Made by a program: the position numbers and the translations under genes
Source of the DNA: Candidatus Kerfeldbacteria bacterium
GTDB taxonomy: Bacteria; Patescibacteriota; Patescibacteriia; SBBC01; CAIJZX01
Assembly (NCBI GenBank): GCA_963731735.1
Contig: CAVSWO010000002.1
Coordinates: forward strand, 529 to 64,528
DNA: 64,000 bases
Direction of reading: 5' to 3'
The notes under the pieces: generated by a model
The model's database searches: none
The model's input: the letters and a program-made list of their open reading frames with translations, nothing else
Told to the model about the DNA's origin: nothing
In this document: positions 47,202 to 57,211 of the stretch, piece by piece
How positions within the stretch are numbered: position 1 is the first letter of the stretch
How the letters are laid out: every line of letters starts with the position of its first letter

Positions 47202-47969
47202 TCATCGAATACTACGAATCCACTTTTTCAATAGTTCTTTTATTTCAGCCAAATGTCGCGGATCGATAAATGTGTGGGGTGCGCCAGCGATTGTATGAAT
47301 TTCTTTTGAACCAGGGATGGCATCAAAAAACATTTTTTGGTGCTCAGGCGGCGTAGCGTCATCAAGTTCACCAGCCAAAAGAAACACGGGCATGGTCAAT
47401 TTCCCTGCCTCGGGGAGTAAATCATATTTTAGCCGATCGGCTAGGTGAGACCATTTCAGGCGTTTGATCACGCCCGGCATTGTTCTACTCGGCCTCACGC
47501 GCCAGCCAGTAGCTTCCCAATCGCGCAAATCCTCAGGTGTATGCGTGTCAAGAGAAAGCCTGCCTGAAACGACTGTCGAGATTGGCGCCAAAGCCATAAC
47601 TTCCCGTGGAAATTTTTCGGCATAGAGTGCCACGCAAATTCCTCCAAGGCTATGCCCAGCTAATGCGAATGGCTCACGATACCATTTCTGCGTTTTTGCC
47701 CACGCGATCACCGTTTCCAAGTCCTCATAGTAACTCGTAATCGTCGCGTCCTCATAGTTCCCCTCGCTCTCCCCGAACGTATCTCGCGCGTCAAAAAGCA
47801 CGACCGTATACCCTGACTCTTTCCAAGCGTCGGCCAGTGTTTTAATGTGCTGTTGTTCCTTATTGCCTCCTAACCCATGCATCACAAATGCCAGCCCTTT
47901 CTGATTCGGTACTTCCTCAACCAACACCGCAATTTTTTCGCCCTTACTATTTTGGATGAGGGTTTTCAT
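47202..47969 (-). CDS. Alpha/beta-fold hydrolase.
   Basis: GHSLGG nucleophile elbow; 255 aa; leaderless promoter context. Confidence 0.8.
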   Translation of the reverse strand: MKTLIQNSKGEKIAVLVEEVPNQKGLAFVMHGLGGNKEQQHIKTLADAWKESGYTVVLFDARDTFGESEGNYEDATITSYYEDLETVIAWAKTQKWYREPFALAGHSLGGICVALYAEKFPREVMALAPISTVVSGRLSLDTHTPEDLRDWEATGWRVRPSRTMPGVIKRLKWSHLADRLKYDLLPEAGKLTMPVFLLAGELDDATPPEHQKMFFDAIPGSKEIHTIAGAPHTFIDPRHLAEIKELLKKWIRSIR

Positions 47970-47976
47970 GACTCAA

Positions 47977-48014
47977 GTATACCACAATCCCACCCAACCT
48001 CCGCCCGGCCGGCG
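47977..48014. repeat. Copy R4 (GTATACCACAATCCCACCCAACCTCCGCCCGGCCGGCG).
   Basis: Read directly. Confidence 0.8.
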
Positions 48015-48089
48015 TTAACTTGCGGGTGGGGGCTGGGCTTGACGCTGCAATGCTCTGGGCGTACCCTAATCGCAGGTGGCACAGAATCT

Positions 48090-48497
48090 ATGCCGCCTGT
48101 TCGTACAAGCCATAAATTAGCCGCCAGACGAAAAGCACTCCGGCACTCAATGACCGAACCGGAGATATTTTTATGGTCTCATCTGAAGAATCGTAAATTG
48201 CTTGGTTATAAGTTCAGGCGTCAACACAGTATCGGTCAATATATTCTCGATTTTTATTGTCATGAATTGTATCTAGCGGTTGAAGTTGATGGTTCGCAAC
48301 ATTTTGAACCGGCGGCTCAACGATACGACCGTCTACGCACAGAATATCTCGAGTCATTGAAGGTACAAGTTGTTCGGTACACGAACAGTGATGTGCTGAA
48401 TAATCTCGATAGGGTCTTGGAAAATCTCATGCAGGTGATTCGGCGGCGGCGAGTTCGACCTCCCCGGCGCTCGACTTCTCGCGCCACCCCTCCCTAA
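48090..48497 (+). CDS. DUF559 endonuclease-domain protein (Vsr-like fold).
   Basis: TEPEIFLWSHLKNRKLLGYKFRRQHSIGQYILDFYCHELYLAVEVDGSQH is the DUF559 signature. Confidence 0.7.
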   Translation: MPPVRTSHKLAARRKALRHSMTEPEIFLWSHLKNRKLLGYKFRRQHSIGQYILDFYCHELYLAVEVDGSQHFEPAAQRYDRLRTEYLESLKVQVVRYTNSDVLNNLDRVLENLMQVIRRRRVRPPRRSTSRATPP

Positions 48498-48616
48498 TCG
48501 GGAGGGGAAATTGTGGTCGCCGCCTCAACCCGCTCCCCTCCTTCTGCTCCCCGGGATACGGGGAGCGTTCCGCGTTAGCGGAACAGAGGGGCCGAGGAGG
48601 GGCCACCGAACGTAAT

Positions 48617-48642
48617 GCCCCCCCAACCTTCGCCCGGCCAGC
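48617..48642. repeat. Copy R5 (ATGCCCCCCCAACCTTCGCCCGGCCAG).
   Basis: Read directly. Confidence 0.8.
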
Positions 48643-48694
48643 ATAGTTTGTGACATTACAAAACGGCCCGGCTTTCGCCGGGCCGCATGATTAC

Positions 48695-50665
48695 TTATTT
48701 ACTTTCCTCTTTTCCGGCGGAGCCGGATCCGGCTTCGCCGGGCTTTTCATCCACGACTTCCCCTTCAACGGGGCCTTGTCCTGAGGCCGAACCGGAGTCG
48801 GCCGAAGGACCTCCTTGTCCACCCTGCGCCTGTTGCATGGCTGGACCAATCTTCTGAATCGCTTCGGACAGCGCCTTGGTGGCGTTTTCGATCGCCAGTT
48901 TATCGGTACCGTCTTTGACCTTTTTGAGGTCATTCATCTTGCCTTCAATATCGGCGCGCATTTCGCCCGGGACTTTGTCGCCGGCGTCTTTGAGCGCTTT
49001 TTCGGCGGTGAAGACCAGCTGTTCAGCCGCGTTCTTGGTATCAATCAATTCCTTCTTCTTGGCGTCTTCGGCCGCATGAATTTCGGCGTCCTTACGGAGT
49101 TTCTCGACTTCCGCCTTATCGAGGCCGGTTGAACCTTGAATCGTGATTGACTGCTCCTTGCCGCTGGTTTTGTCCTTGGCTTTGACGTTCAGGATGCCGT
49201 TGGCGTCAATATCGAAGGTAACTTCGATCTGCGGCGTGCCGCGCGGCGCCGGCGGAATGCCGTCCAGGATGAAGCGGCCGAGGGTTTTGTTGTCCGGTGC
49301 CATCGGGCGCTCGCCTTGCAGGACGTGAATCTCGACTTGCGGCTGGTTGTCCGCGGCGGTCGAGAAGACCTGCGACTTCGAGGTTGGAATAGTCGTATTA
49401 CGCTCGATCAGCGGGGTCATGACTTGGCCGAGGGTTTCCAGGCCGAGGGTCAACGGGGTGACGTCGAGCAGTAAGACATCTTTGACTTCACCTTGGAGTA
49501 CGCCGGCTTGGACGGCCGCCCCGAGAGCCACCACTTCGTCCGGATTGACGCTGGCGTTCGGTTCCTTGCCGAAGAATTCCTTGACGGTTTTGATCACCAG
49601 CGGCATCCGGGTCATCCCGCCGACGAGAATCACTTCGTTAATGTCGGACGGTTGGAGCCCGGCGTCGCTTAAGGCTTTCTTGGTCGGTTCGAGGGTCTTT
49701 TGGACCAGGTCGCCAACCAGGTTTTCCAGCTGGGCTCGGCTGAAGGTTTTGACTAAGTGCAGCGGACCGGCATCACCTTGGGTAATAAACGGCAAGTTGA
49801 TTTCCGTTTCCTGCGAGCTCGAGAGTTCCTGCTTGGCTTTTTCCGCGGCTTCTTTCAGGCGCTGGAGCGCCAGGTGGTCTTTCGACAAATCAATCCCCTC
49901 CTGTTTGCGGAACTCTTCAATCAGCCAGTGAATGACTAACTGGTCGAAGTCGTCGCCGCCGAGGTGCGTATCGCCATTCGTCGATTTGACTTCAACCGTG
50001 TCGGCTGAAACTTCCAATATCGAGATGTCGAAGGTTCCGCCACCCAGGTCATAGACCGCGATTTTTTCATCTTTCTTTTTGTTGAAGCCGTAGGCCAAGG
50101 CCGCGGCAGTCGGTTCGTTGATGATGCGTTTGACGTCAAATCCGGCGATCCGGCCGGCATCCTTGGTGGCTTGGCGCTGGGCATCGTCAAAATAGGCCGG
50201 CACGGTAATCACCGCTTCGGTAATTTTTTCACCCAAGCGAGCTTCGGCGTCGGCTTTGAGTTTGCCGAGGACCATGGCCGAAATTTCCTGCGGCGTGTAG
50301 TCTTTATCGCCCATGGTGACTTTGACGCCTTCGCCGGCGTGCTTGATTTCGAACGGCATGATTTTCAGGTCGCGCTGGACTTCCTCGTCGTCCCAACGGC
50401 GGCCGATCAGGCGCTTGATTGAAAACAGCGTGTTCTTCGGGTTGACCACCGCTTGGCGCTTGGCCACCTGGCCGACCAACCGTTCGTTGGTTTTTGACAG
50501 GGCCACCATCGACGGCGTGGTCCGGCTGCCTTCGGCGTTTTCAATAATTTTTGGTTCGCCACCTTCGACGACCGCCATGGCCGAGTTGGTGGTTCCGAGA
50601 TCGATTCCGAGAATTTTTGGCATAATGATGAGAGAGTTATTTAGCGATGTTGATGAAGGAGCCAC
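48695..50665 (-). CDS. dnaK: Molecular chaperone DnaK (Hsp70).
   Basis: [22 protein letters not shown] and other Hsp70 signatures. 656 aa. Confidence 0.95.
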   Translation of the reverse strand: MAPSSTSLNNSLIIMPKILGIDLGTTNSAMAVVEGGEPKIIENAEGSRTTPSMVALSKTNERLVGQVAKRQAVVNPKNTLFSIKRLIGRRWDDEEVQRDLKIMPFEIKHAGEGVKVTMGDKDYTPQEISAMVLGKLKADAEARLGEKITEAVITVPAYFDDAQRQATKDAGRIAGFDVKRIINEPTAAALAYGFNKKKDEKIAVYDLGGGTFDISILEVSADTVEVKSTNGDTHLGGDDFDQLVIHWLIEEFRKQEGIDLSKDHLALQRLKEAAEKAKQELSSSQETEINLPFITQGDAGPLHLVKTFSRAQLENLVGDLVQKTLEPTKKALSDAGLQPSDINEVILVGGMTRMPLVIKTVKEFFGKEPNASVNPDEVVALGAAVQAGVLQGEVKDVLLLDVTPLTLGLETLGQVMTPLIERNTTIPTSKSQVFSTAADNQPQVEIHVLQGERPMAPDNKTLGRFILDGIPPAPRGTPQIEVTFDIDANGILNVKAKDKTSGKEQSITIQGSTGLDKAEVEKLRKDAEIHAAEDAKKKELIDTKNAAEQLVFTAEKALKDAGDKVPGEMRADIEGKMNDLKKVKDGTDKLAIENATKALSEAIQKIGPAMQQAQGGQGGPSADSGSASGQGPVEGEVVDEKPGEAGSGSAGKEESK

Positions 50666-50976
50666 GGCTGATCCTGATCCAGCTGTTCATGGATGCTGAG
50701 CAAGTCGTCGTCGCCGATCGGTTGATCCTGTTCCAGCATGACCACCTCTTCGGCCGACAAATCGGTTACCAGGCCTTGGGCCGTCAGACCGTTTGGATTG
50801 ACGGTCAGAATCGAGAGCAGGGCCGTACCGCAGACGCCACAATCGATGTGCGCCAGCAATTGCTGATCCTGTTCGCCCAGAATCCGCAGGCGTTGCCAAT
50901 CATAGATATTGGCGCAGCTTGGGCAGCGAACGCTCAGCCGCAGCATGTTATGGTTAAAGTTGGATGGAAGAGCCAT
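50641..50976 (-). CDS. Small CxxC...CxxC zinc-ribbon protein inside the heat-shock operon.
   Basis: RCPSCAN...CGVCGT; 111 aa; overlaps the dnaK start by 25 nt. Confidence 0.4.
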   Translation of the reverse strand: MALPSNFNHNMLRLSVRCPSCANIYDWQRLRILGEQDQQLLAHIDCGVCGTALLSILTVNPNGLTAQGLVTDLSAEEVVMLEQDQPIGDDDLLSIHEQLDQDQPWLLHQHR

Positions 50977-51092
50977 AGGTGTTCCTCGAGTGGACCCGGG
51001 AGATTCCCCTGTGCGTAGCCAGAGCCATGCTTGGAAAAATACTTCCCGGACCCGCTTGAGGCCGCGTCGCCGGCCGGCGACGCGGCTACCCG

Positions 51093-51497
51093 TTAGTCGA
51101 CTTTGACGTCGATTTTTTTGGGTTTGGCGGCTTCGGTCTTGGGAACGCTGATTTTCAACAGGCCGTCTTTATAGGCCGCCGCGGCCCGTTCGCCGGCTAC
51201 CGATTTCGGCAGGGCTACGCTGCGGAAAAATTGGCCGTAGCGGACTTCTTTGCGGAAGTACTGCTTATCGTCGACTTCCGACTTGTGCTTGGTTTCGCCG
51301 GAGATCTTCAGGATATTGTCCTCGATCTCGATCGATACATCTTTTGGATCAATGTTCGGCAACGGGGTTTCGACAATCACGTTGTCATTATCCTCGTAGA
51401 CGTCCAGGGCCGGGGTCATGACCCGGGTCGGCAGGTCGCCCCAGGACCGTTCGAAGTCATCGAAGAGATCCATCGGTGTCCATTTGATAAGTGCCAT
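51093..51497 (-). CDS. Hsp20 / alpha-crystallin family small heat-shock protein.
   Basis: ACD-domain pattern (DVYEDNDNVIVETPLPNIDPKDVSIEIEDNILKISGE). Confidence 0.85.
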   Translation of the reverse strand: MALIKWTPMDLFDDFERSWGDLPTRVMTPALDVYEDNDNVIVETPLPNIDPKDVSIEIEDNILKISGETKHKSEVDDKQYFRKEVRYGQFFRSVALPKSVAGERAAAAYKDGLLKISVPKTEAAKPKKIDVKVD

Positions 51498-51540
51498 GCG
51501 TTTGTCTCCTTATTACTTAATACGATTGGAAGCCCGGTTA

Positions 51541-52005
51541 TTATTCAGCCACCGTGACTTGGGCTGGTTCCAGCACGCGATCATCGGCCAGCCAGCCGAG
51601 TTTGACCGTGGCCACGATTGCGCCGCTCGGCTGCCCCTCAGCTTTGACCTTCGAAACGGCATGGTGCCGGTTTGGGTCGAAGGTCTCGCCGGGCTGCGGA
51701 TCAATCGCGGTCAGGCCAACGTTGGTTAAAATGTCAGCGAATTGTTTGGCAATATGGTGAAAACCTTTGACCCATTCCTGCTGTTGCTGGTCGGCTGGGA
51801 CATGATCCCAGGCCCGCTTGAGGTTGTCATAGACCGGCAGGAACTGCATGACCGCGGCGGCTTGGGAAAATTTGGCCAACTCAGACTTTTCCTTGTCCGT
51901 CTGCTTTTTGAGATTCAGGTAATCGGCTTTGGCGCGTTTCCAGCCGTCCAAGTGCGCTTGGACTTGCTGCTGGAGGTGTTCGATCTCGGCTTGTTGATCA
52001 GTCAT
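51541..52005 (-). CDS. grpE: Nucleotide exchange factor GrpE.
   Basis: The N-terminal coiled coil is followed by a C-terminal domain with the GrpE pattern (FDPNRHHAV). Confidence 0.85.
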   Translation of the reverse strand: MTDQQAEIEHLQQQVQAHLDGWKRAKADYLNLKKQTDKEKSELAKFSQAAAVMQFLPVYDNLKRAWDHVPADQQQQEWVKGFHHIAKQFADILTNVGLTAIDPQPGETFDPNRHHAVSKVKAEGQPSGAIVATVKLGWLADDRVLEPAQVTVAE

Positions 52006-52007
52006 AG

Positions 52008-52718
52008 TTAGACGGTTTGTAGCAATGATTGGGTAAAGCGGACCAGGGCGACATTATTCGGATAGTCTTGGCGCATCGGGCCGATGATGCCGAACAATCC
52101 TTCGCGTTTTGACCGCAGACGATAGCGGGCGATGATGGTACCGCAGATGGCGCTAAACGGATTTTCCTTGCCGATCCAGACGGTGACGTCCTGGCCAACT
52201 TTCGGATAGATCCGCCCGACCACGTCATCAAGATGGTCAATCACCTGGGTGAGATTTTGCATTAGATCAATATGCTCGAATTCCGGATGTTGAAAGAGAT
52301 TGGAAACCCCGGTGTAAAACGTGTCGTTTTTGTCAAAGGCGACCAGCACCGATTCTTCCGCCATTTCGGCCATGGCCTTGGCCAGGTGGCGCAGGAGTTC
52401 ATCCGGATGCGCGCCGTATTGGTCGATCAGTTGCTTGAGAGCGGTTTGCTGGGTTTTTGGCAGTGGCCGATCCGGCAGATCACGATCCAGATACCAGCGC
52501 CAGGCGCTTTCGGTCGGCACTCGGCCGGCGGATGTGTGCGGTTGCTGCAGCATGCCCGCTTCAGTCAGCGCCGCCATGTCATTCCGGACCGTGGCGGGTG
52601 AGACATCCAGGCCGGGTTGGTCCACCAATTGCCCAGAACTGACCGGCTTAGCCGTCATAACGTACTGGTTGATGATGGTGCCCAGCAGGGCTTCTTGGCG
52701 TGGGGTAATTGGAGGCAT
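52008..52718 (-). CDS. hrcA: Heat-inducible transcription repressor HrcA.
   Basis: MPPITPRQEALLGTIINQYV... wHTH N-terminus. Start taken downstream of CIRCE. Confidence 0.85.
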   Translation of the reverse strand: MPPITPRQEALLGTIINQYVMTAKPVSSGQLVDQPGLDVSPATVRNDMAALTEAGMLQQPHTSAGRVPTESAWRWYLDRDLPDRPLPKTQQTALKQLIDQYGAHPDELLRHLAKAMAEMAEESVLVAFDKNDTFYTGVSNLFQHPEFEHIDLMQNLTQVIDHLDDVVGRIYPKVGQDVTVWIGKENPFSAICGTIIARYRLRSKREGLFGIIGPMRQDYPNNVALVRFTQSLLQTV

Positions 52719-52759
52719 ACGGGCGGTTTCCAGTCCGGCGCCAGCGGCACCAACCTGGA

Positions 52760-52786
52760 TTAGCAGTCTACCATAGAGAGTGCTAA
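52760..52786. promoter_or_regulatory. CIRCE operator upstream of hrcA, overlapping a TATACT -10 element.
   Basis: TTAGCAGTC-taccataga-GAGTGCTAA. Confidence 0.8.
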
Positions 52787-52872
52787 TTTGAGTATACCCC
52801 CGCTCTTTTTTCGCGTCAAATCCCCTAGCCTGCGCCGGCTGGGGAAAGAAAAACCCCACCAAGGGTGAGGTT

Positions 52873-53385
52873 TTAGGGTTCCTGGTCCTCGCGGGGAGGC
52901 CAGTATTGGTGAATCGTGTGATATAGAATGAGCACAGATTCCGGGTAGGACAGCAGCTTGTAGTGAATCGGCACCCAGTAGGAATACTGGTTGTCGGTAT
53001 ATTGGATCAGCCCGGCCGCCGGTGAACTCGGCAACCGTCCCTGACAGACCATCCAGGAAGGCACCTCCTCCCCAAACAGCTGCGCCGCCCGGGCGTTGAT
53101 TTCTTCAGCCAGTCGGTCGAAGGCATCGGCCTCATCCAGTTTCGGCGATAGACAATGGTCGTCCGCGTACAGTTCGCCGTGCCGGCAGATTTCGGCCGTC
53201 ACGAAATACAGAATCTTCAAGCGGTGTGCCGACCGACTCAGGATGTGTTGGATGCCTTCATGACTGTGTCCAGCCATGACCAGGACGCCATCCCAGAGGG
53301 CGTCATAGACGTACCGGATTAAGGCTCGCTCAGAAGGGCGGCAAGCCAGGCGTGGCAGATCACGCTTCCATGACGTGAATTTCAT
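52873..53385 (-). CDS. Hypothetical protein.
   Basis: The C-terminal 171 aa of track ORF 52873..53811. The upstream part of that ORF overlaps the pgeF-like gene in another frame. Confidence 0.4.
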   Translation of the reverse strand: MKFTSWKRDLPRLACRPSERALIRYVYDALWDGVLVMAGHSHEGIQHILSRSAHRLKILYFVTAEICRHGELYADDHCLSPKLDEADAFDRLAEEINARAAQLFGEEVPSWMVCQGRLPSSPAAGLIQYTDNQYSYWVPIHYKLLSYPESVLILYHTIHQYWPPREDQEP

Positions 53386-53419
53386 GTGACTACGCTCCTC
53401 CCGGAGGGTGTGGGAGTGA

Positions 53420-54115
53420 CTACGTCCGGAGTTTGATCCAGCCGACCTGGACTTCCGGGGAAGCGGGACGGTCCCGCCGGTACGAGAACAATTCGGGCGT
53501 TTCGTAAGTACACCGCAGATCGAGATCAATCCGTTCACGGTGCACGCCCCGATCAAGCAACTGCTTGATGGCGATCTGGCGTAAATCCAAGTAGGCGCGA
53601 TCACCGATGACCTGGATTGCCTCCGGCCAAGCCTCGAACGGAACGGCTTGGGCTGGTTCGACCGGGTAATGGCGCTGACAGATTGCGGGGCTGATGCCGA
53701 CCTGCAAATCGCTCGGCCGCGAACCGAAGGCACTGGCCAAGCTGACCACCATTTGTTCCGGCATCCGTTCAGCCAGACCTTTGCGGCCGGCGTGGCCGAG
53801 CCCGATGGCATGGGTAGCGGGATCGTAGAAATACAGCAGCAAACAATCGGCCGCCGTCATGGCCAGCGTGATGCCAGTCTGTTCCGTGACCAGTCCGTCG
53901 ACCCCATCGAGAAACTTTCCGCCGTCCACCATTCCAACCAGGGCGACGGTCGAATTGTGGGCCAAACCGGCCTGGACGAGTTGATTGGCTGGCAAGCCCT
54001 GGGCCTGCAAATACTGCTGGCGATTCTCCCAACCGCTGGAACGCGACATGCTGCCGTCGGCCTTGGCGGAAAAACCGTAATCCAACGTCTCAGTTGGCAA
54101 GGTACGAAAACGCAT
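53420..54115 (-). CDS. pgeF: YfiH/PgeF (DUF152) laccase-domain purine nucleoside phosphorylase / peptidoglycan editing factor.
   Basis: TADCLLLYFYDP...IGLGHAGRKGL...CTYETPELFSYRRD family motifs. Confidence 0.75.
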   Translation of the reverse strand: MRFRTLPTETLDYGFSAKADGSMSRSSGWENRQQYLQAQGLPANQLVQAGLAHNSTVALVGMVDGGKFLDGVDGLVTEQTGITLAMTAADCLLLYFYDPATHAIGLGHAGRKGLAERMPEQMVVSLASAFGSRPSDLQVGISPAICQRHYPVEPAQAVPFEAWPEAIQVIGDRAYLDLRQIAIKQLLDRGVHRERIDLDLRCTYETPELFSYRRDRPASPEVQVGWIKLRT

Positions 54116-54265
54116 GGGATTCCTCCGCGGTAGGGTTGTCTGATCGTGCATGCTTGGTCGGAGTATATGATGAATTTTTGCCAGCAGTCAACTAGTTGAT
54201 TGACAGGGCGGGGACCTTAGGCTACAGTCAGCCTGCCCTTTCTCATTTGTTTCCCTTCACCCAGG

Positions 54266-54522
54266 AGCTGTCAATGCACCTCCGTATTTCTGCCCGACAG
54301 GTCCGTGAATTTATTCTGGGCCTGTTGGGGTTTGGTCTGCTGGCGCTGCTCTACTGGCTCACCAAGGACACCTTGGTAACACAGCTGATCATGCTGATTG
54401 CCATCGCGGTCTTCCTGGGCATGCTCTTGTTCATTGTCGTCAGTGCAATCTTCATCGTCATGACTTTCCTGTTTGAGAAGTGGCGGCACTTCAGGGAAGG
54501 AAAAACTTCCCTTTCCGACTGA
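54266..54522 (+). CDS. Small membrane protein.
   Basis: SD AGGAG, start MHLRISAR, two TM helices; a TTGACA-N17-TACAGT promoter lies at ~54206. Confidence 0.45.
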
Positions 54523-54567
54523 ACGAGATAGACGCCCTCGGCGATCAAAACGAACGACCTAGAACCC

Positions 54568-55701
54568 CTAGGTCGTCTTTTTTTGAATCTGCTGATAGAC
54601 CGCTTCAATCTGATCGGTAACGGTCGGCCAGGCATACTTTTTGGCGGTCGCCATTCCGGCCTGTCCCATGCTGGCCCGCCGGGCTGGATCTTTGGCCAAA
54701 TCGGTCAGCGCCCGGGCCAGGTGGCGCGCGTTTTTGGCGGGCACCAGTAAGCCCTGCTTGCCGGGTTCGACGATCCAACGATAGCCGTCGATATCGGAGG
54801 CCACCACCGGTGTGCCACAGGCCATAGCTTCAAGCAAGACGATGCCAAAACTTTCATTGCCGGTCGCCGGCGAACAATAAATGTCGGCCGTTCGATAGTA
54901 GCGCGGTAATTCATCCGGCGAGACGTATCCGGCGAATTCGACCCGATGCCGCAGGGTCAGCGGCACATACGCATCGTAGTATTTTTGCATCCAGCCGGTC
55001 CCGACCACAATGATCCGGTAGCTATCCCCTAACTCGGCCTCCAACCACGGCAAGGCCAGCAACAAAAACTTGGCGCCTTTGCGGGGGTCCATCCGCCCGA
55101 CGAATAAAATATTGGTTTTGCCGTCTTGATACTGCTCCAGCGGCGGCACCTGCGGCGAGAATCGCTGCGTATCAATGCCATTGGGAATAATCGTCATCGG
55201 TACCTGCGGGAAGTAATGGTGCACGAATTCTTCGGCCGCCGGCGAGACCGCGATGTGAGCCTGGATTTTCCTGATGGCGTCCGCGAACACCGGACGAAAA
55301 ATACGCGGCACATATTCGCCGGCGCTGCCGTTGAACTGTCGGGCGCTGTGATAGGTTCCGACCTTGGGGGTGCGCATGGATTTACTGGCGATCAGCGGCA
55401 AGCCGGGGTCGAGCGGACTTTGAACATGAACGACATCAAATTGTTCTTCGGTTTCAACCCGCTGCAATAATTTGCCAAGTTTCCATCCCAAGGTTAAGGA
55501 AATGTTGGCGCCGTTACTCATCAATGGCACCTGAAAGCCATGGCGCAAGACGCGCAATCCACGATCATCCGGCTGTTTGGTGCCGCCGGTGATGACCGTC
55601 ACCTGATGACCACGCCGTTGCAACTCCTGGCCCAGATGCCAAACATGCTCGGTCACTCCGCCGAGGACCGGATAATAGGCTTGGGTTACGAGGGCGATGT
55701 T
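54568..55701 (-). CDS. Family-4 (GT4) glycosyltransferase.
   Basis: GT-B GT4 pattern (EAMACGTPVVASDIDG). Confidence 0.8.
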   Translation of the reverse strand, partial: NIALVTQAYYPVLGGVTEHVWHLGQELQRRGHQVTVITGGTKQPDDRGLRVLRHGFQVPLMSNGANISLTLGWKLGKLLQRVETEEQFDVVHVQSPLDPGLPLIASKSMRTPKVGTYHSARQFNGSAGEYVPRIFRPVFADAIRKIQAHIAVSPAAEEFVHHYFPQVPMTIIPNGIDTQRFSPQVPPLEQYQDGKTNILFVGRMDPRKGAKFLLLALPWLEAELGDSYRIIVVGTGWMQKYYDAYVPLTLRHRVEFAGYVSPDELPRYYRTADIYCSPATGNESFGIVLLEAMACGTPVVASDIDGYRWIVEPGKQGLLVPAKNARHLARALTDLAKDPARRASMGQAGMATAKKYAWPTVTDQIEAVYQQIQKKTT

Positions 55702-55825
55702 CATCCCGTTGAAGGTTATCGGTGCTGAGTTAGCAAGCAAAACATGGTGGCGGAATCCATTCTAGCACAAATAGCCAACCGGTACTCGTGACGCTCGCAC
55801 CGGACGGCTGGTCGGCTGCTTTGGG

Positions 55826-56377
55826 TTAGAACGTCAAGTCGAATCGGTCGCCGCTGTCGCCGAATATTACTTGCAGGTCGGTGGCCGCGGTTGGCAGACT
55901 AAATTTCATGTAACCGCGATCGCCACTGACCGTATTGCTCGCGACTTTCAAACTGCTGAGGTTAGCGTTGCCGGCGCTTGAGTGCAGGACGACTAAGCCC
56001 GACAAGCCGTTCTGCACGGCCAAGACTTGATTGCTTTCGACCGCGTCAAAATAGACGACCACAAACGATTGGCCGTCGGCTGCGTCTTTGCCTTCAAACG
56101 AGGTGAGTTTTGATGCGCTCGAAAAGTGCAAGGGAACATCGGCCACGGTCACCGTTTCATCAAGCGTATGGTCACCCTTGAATTCTGTCTGCAGGGCGAG
56201 GTTGGTTGGTGCGGCATTGGTGTTGGTGGTCGCGTTTGTATTTTGGTTGGTATTCTCAGTGTTACTCTTGCCCGATACATAGCTCGAAACGGTGTCCTGA
56301 TTAAAATACCAAACCACCCCGGCCGCGATCAGGACCACGAGTAGGACTCCGAGGAGGATCAACATTCGACGATTCAT
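55826..56377 (-). CDS. Secreted or membrane-anchored hypothetical protein.
   Basis: N-terminal TM MNRRMLILLGVLLVVLIAAGVVWYF followed by an Asn/Thr-rich linker. Confidence 0.5.
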   Translation of the reverse strand: MNRRMLILLGVLLVVLIAAGVVWYFNQDTVSSYVSGKSNTENTNQNTNATTNTNAAPTNLALQTEFKGDHTLDETVTVADVPLHFSSASKLTSFEGKDAADGQSFVVVYFDAVESNQVLAVQNGLSGLVVLHSSAGNANLSSLKVASNTVSGDRGYMKFSLPTAATDLQVIFGDSGDRFDLTF

Positions 56378-56502
56378 AGCTGTGGATAGTATAGCAAATT
56401 CTCTGACAGTTGGTAATCCGGCGCCCTTGACTTCGGGCAGGTCTGTGATAACCTCCAGTCCGCCATTCCGCCGTTCATTTGACCTTTTCAGGGAGGAATT
56501 CG

Positions 56503-57120
56503 ATGGTTACCTCACCGGCTGTACCCGCCTATCCAGCGATTGGACGTCAGGAGTTCATGGAGTATTTGGAAAGCTTTTTCAGCCCCCGCCAGATGATCAA
56601 GGTCCGGGCGGCCTACGAATTTTCCAAAGCTGGCCACAAGGGTCAGCAGCGGGATGATGGAACTCGGTACTTCGAACACCTAAAGGCAGTCACCTGGATC
56701 GTCATTCATGAGCTCGGTTTCGTGCACCTGGCCACCACCATCACGGCCCTGCTCCACGACATCGTCGAGGATCAACATATCCTAACGCCCGAAAGCATCG
56801 AAATGTTTTTCGGGCTCGAAGCGGCGGTCAACGTCAACCTGTTGACCAAGCATGACGGCGATTCGACCGCCGAGTATCTGTCTCGCATGAAGCGTTCCGG
56901 TCGCTGGCGCGTGATGGTTGTCAAATTGGCCGATCGGCTGCAAAACCTTCGCTCACTCAACGCCTGCAAACCGAGCAAACGCGCTCGGACTATACAGGAA
57001 ACAATTGAACTTTATGGTCCGTTGGCCGAACACCTAACGGACATTGCGCCGCGCAAGTATCGACCGCTGGCGCTAAGTATCCAGCGACTTCTCGAGGATG
57101 AACTCGAGCAACTCCGTTAA
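56503..57120 (+). CDS. HD-domain phosphohydrolase (SpoT/RelA-type HD, small alarmone hydrolase-like).
   Basis: H...HD motif (LLHDIVED) with Rel/Spo HD-domain spacing. SD GGAGGAATTCGATG. Confidence 0.65.
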   Translation: MVTSPAVPAYPAIGRQEFMEYLESFFSPRQMIKVRAAYEFSKAGHKGQQRDDGTRYFEHLKAVTWIVIHELGFVHLATTITALLHDIVEDQHILTPESIEMFFGLEAAVNVNLLTKHDGDSTAEYLSRMKRSGRWRVMVVKLADRLQNLRSLNACKPSKRARTIQETIELYGPLAEHLTDIAPRKYRPLALSIQRLLEDELEQLR

Positions 57121-57129
57121 AACATTCCC

Positions 57130-57158
57130 CCATTGCCATGCAGTGGGGGTTTTCTTTG
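57130..57158 (+). terminator. Rho-independent terminator.
   Basis: ccccattgccatgcagtggggg followed by ttttcttt. Confidence 0.75.
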
Positions 57159-57211
57159 GTACTCCACTCCGGACGATCTTCGAACTTGGTATCTGACGAA
57201 AACGGAGTATT

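Noticed and set aside
57157-57200. Possible third tRNA-3'-end fragment (minus strand ...GTTCGAAGATCGTCCGGAGTGGAGTACCA).
   Set aside because: Shares only TGGTAC plus a generic TTCGAA with the tRNA-Glu end, and no T-stem pairing. It overlaps the HD-gene terminator, so it is probably coincidence.
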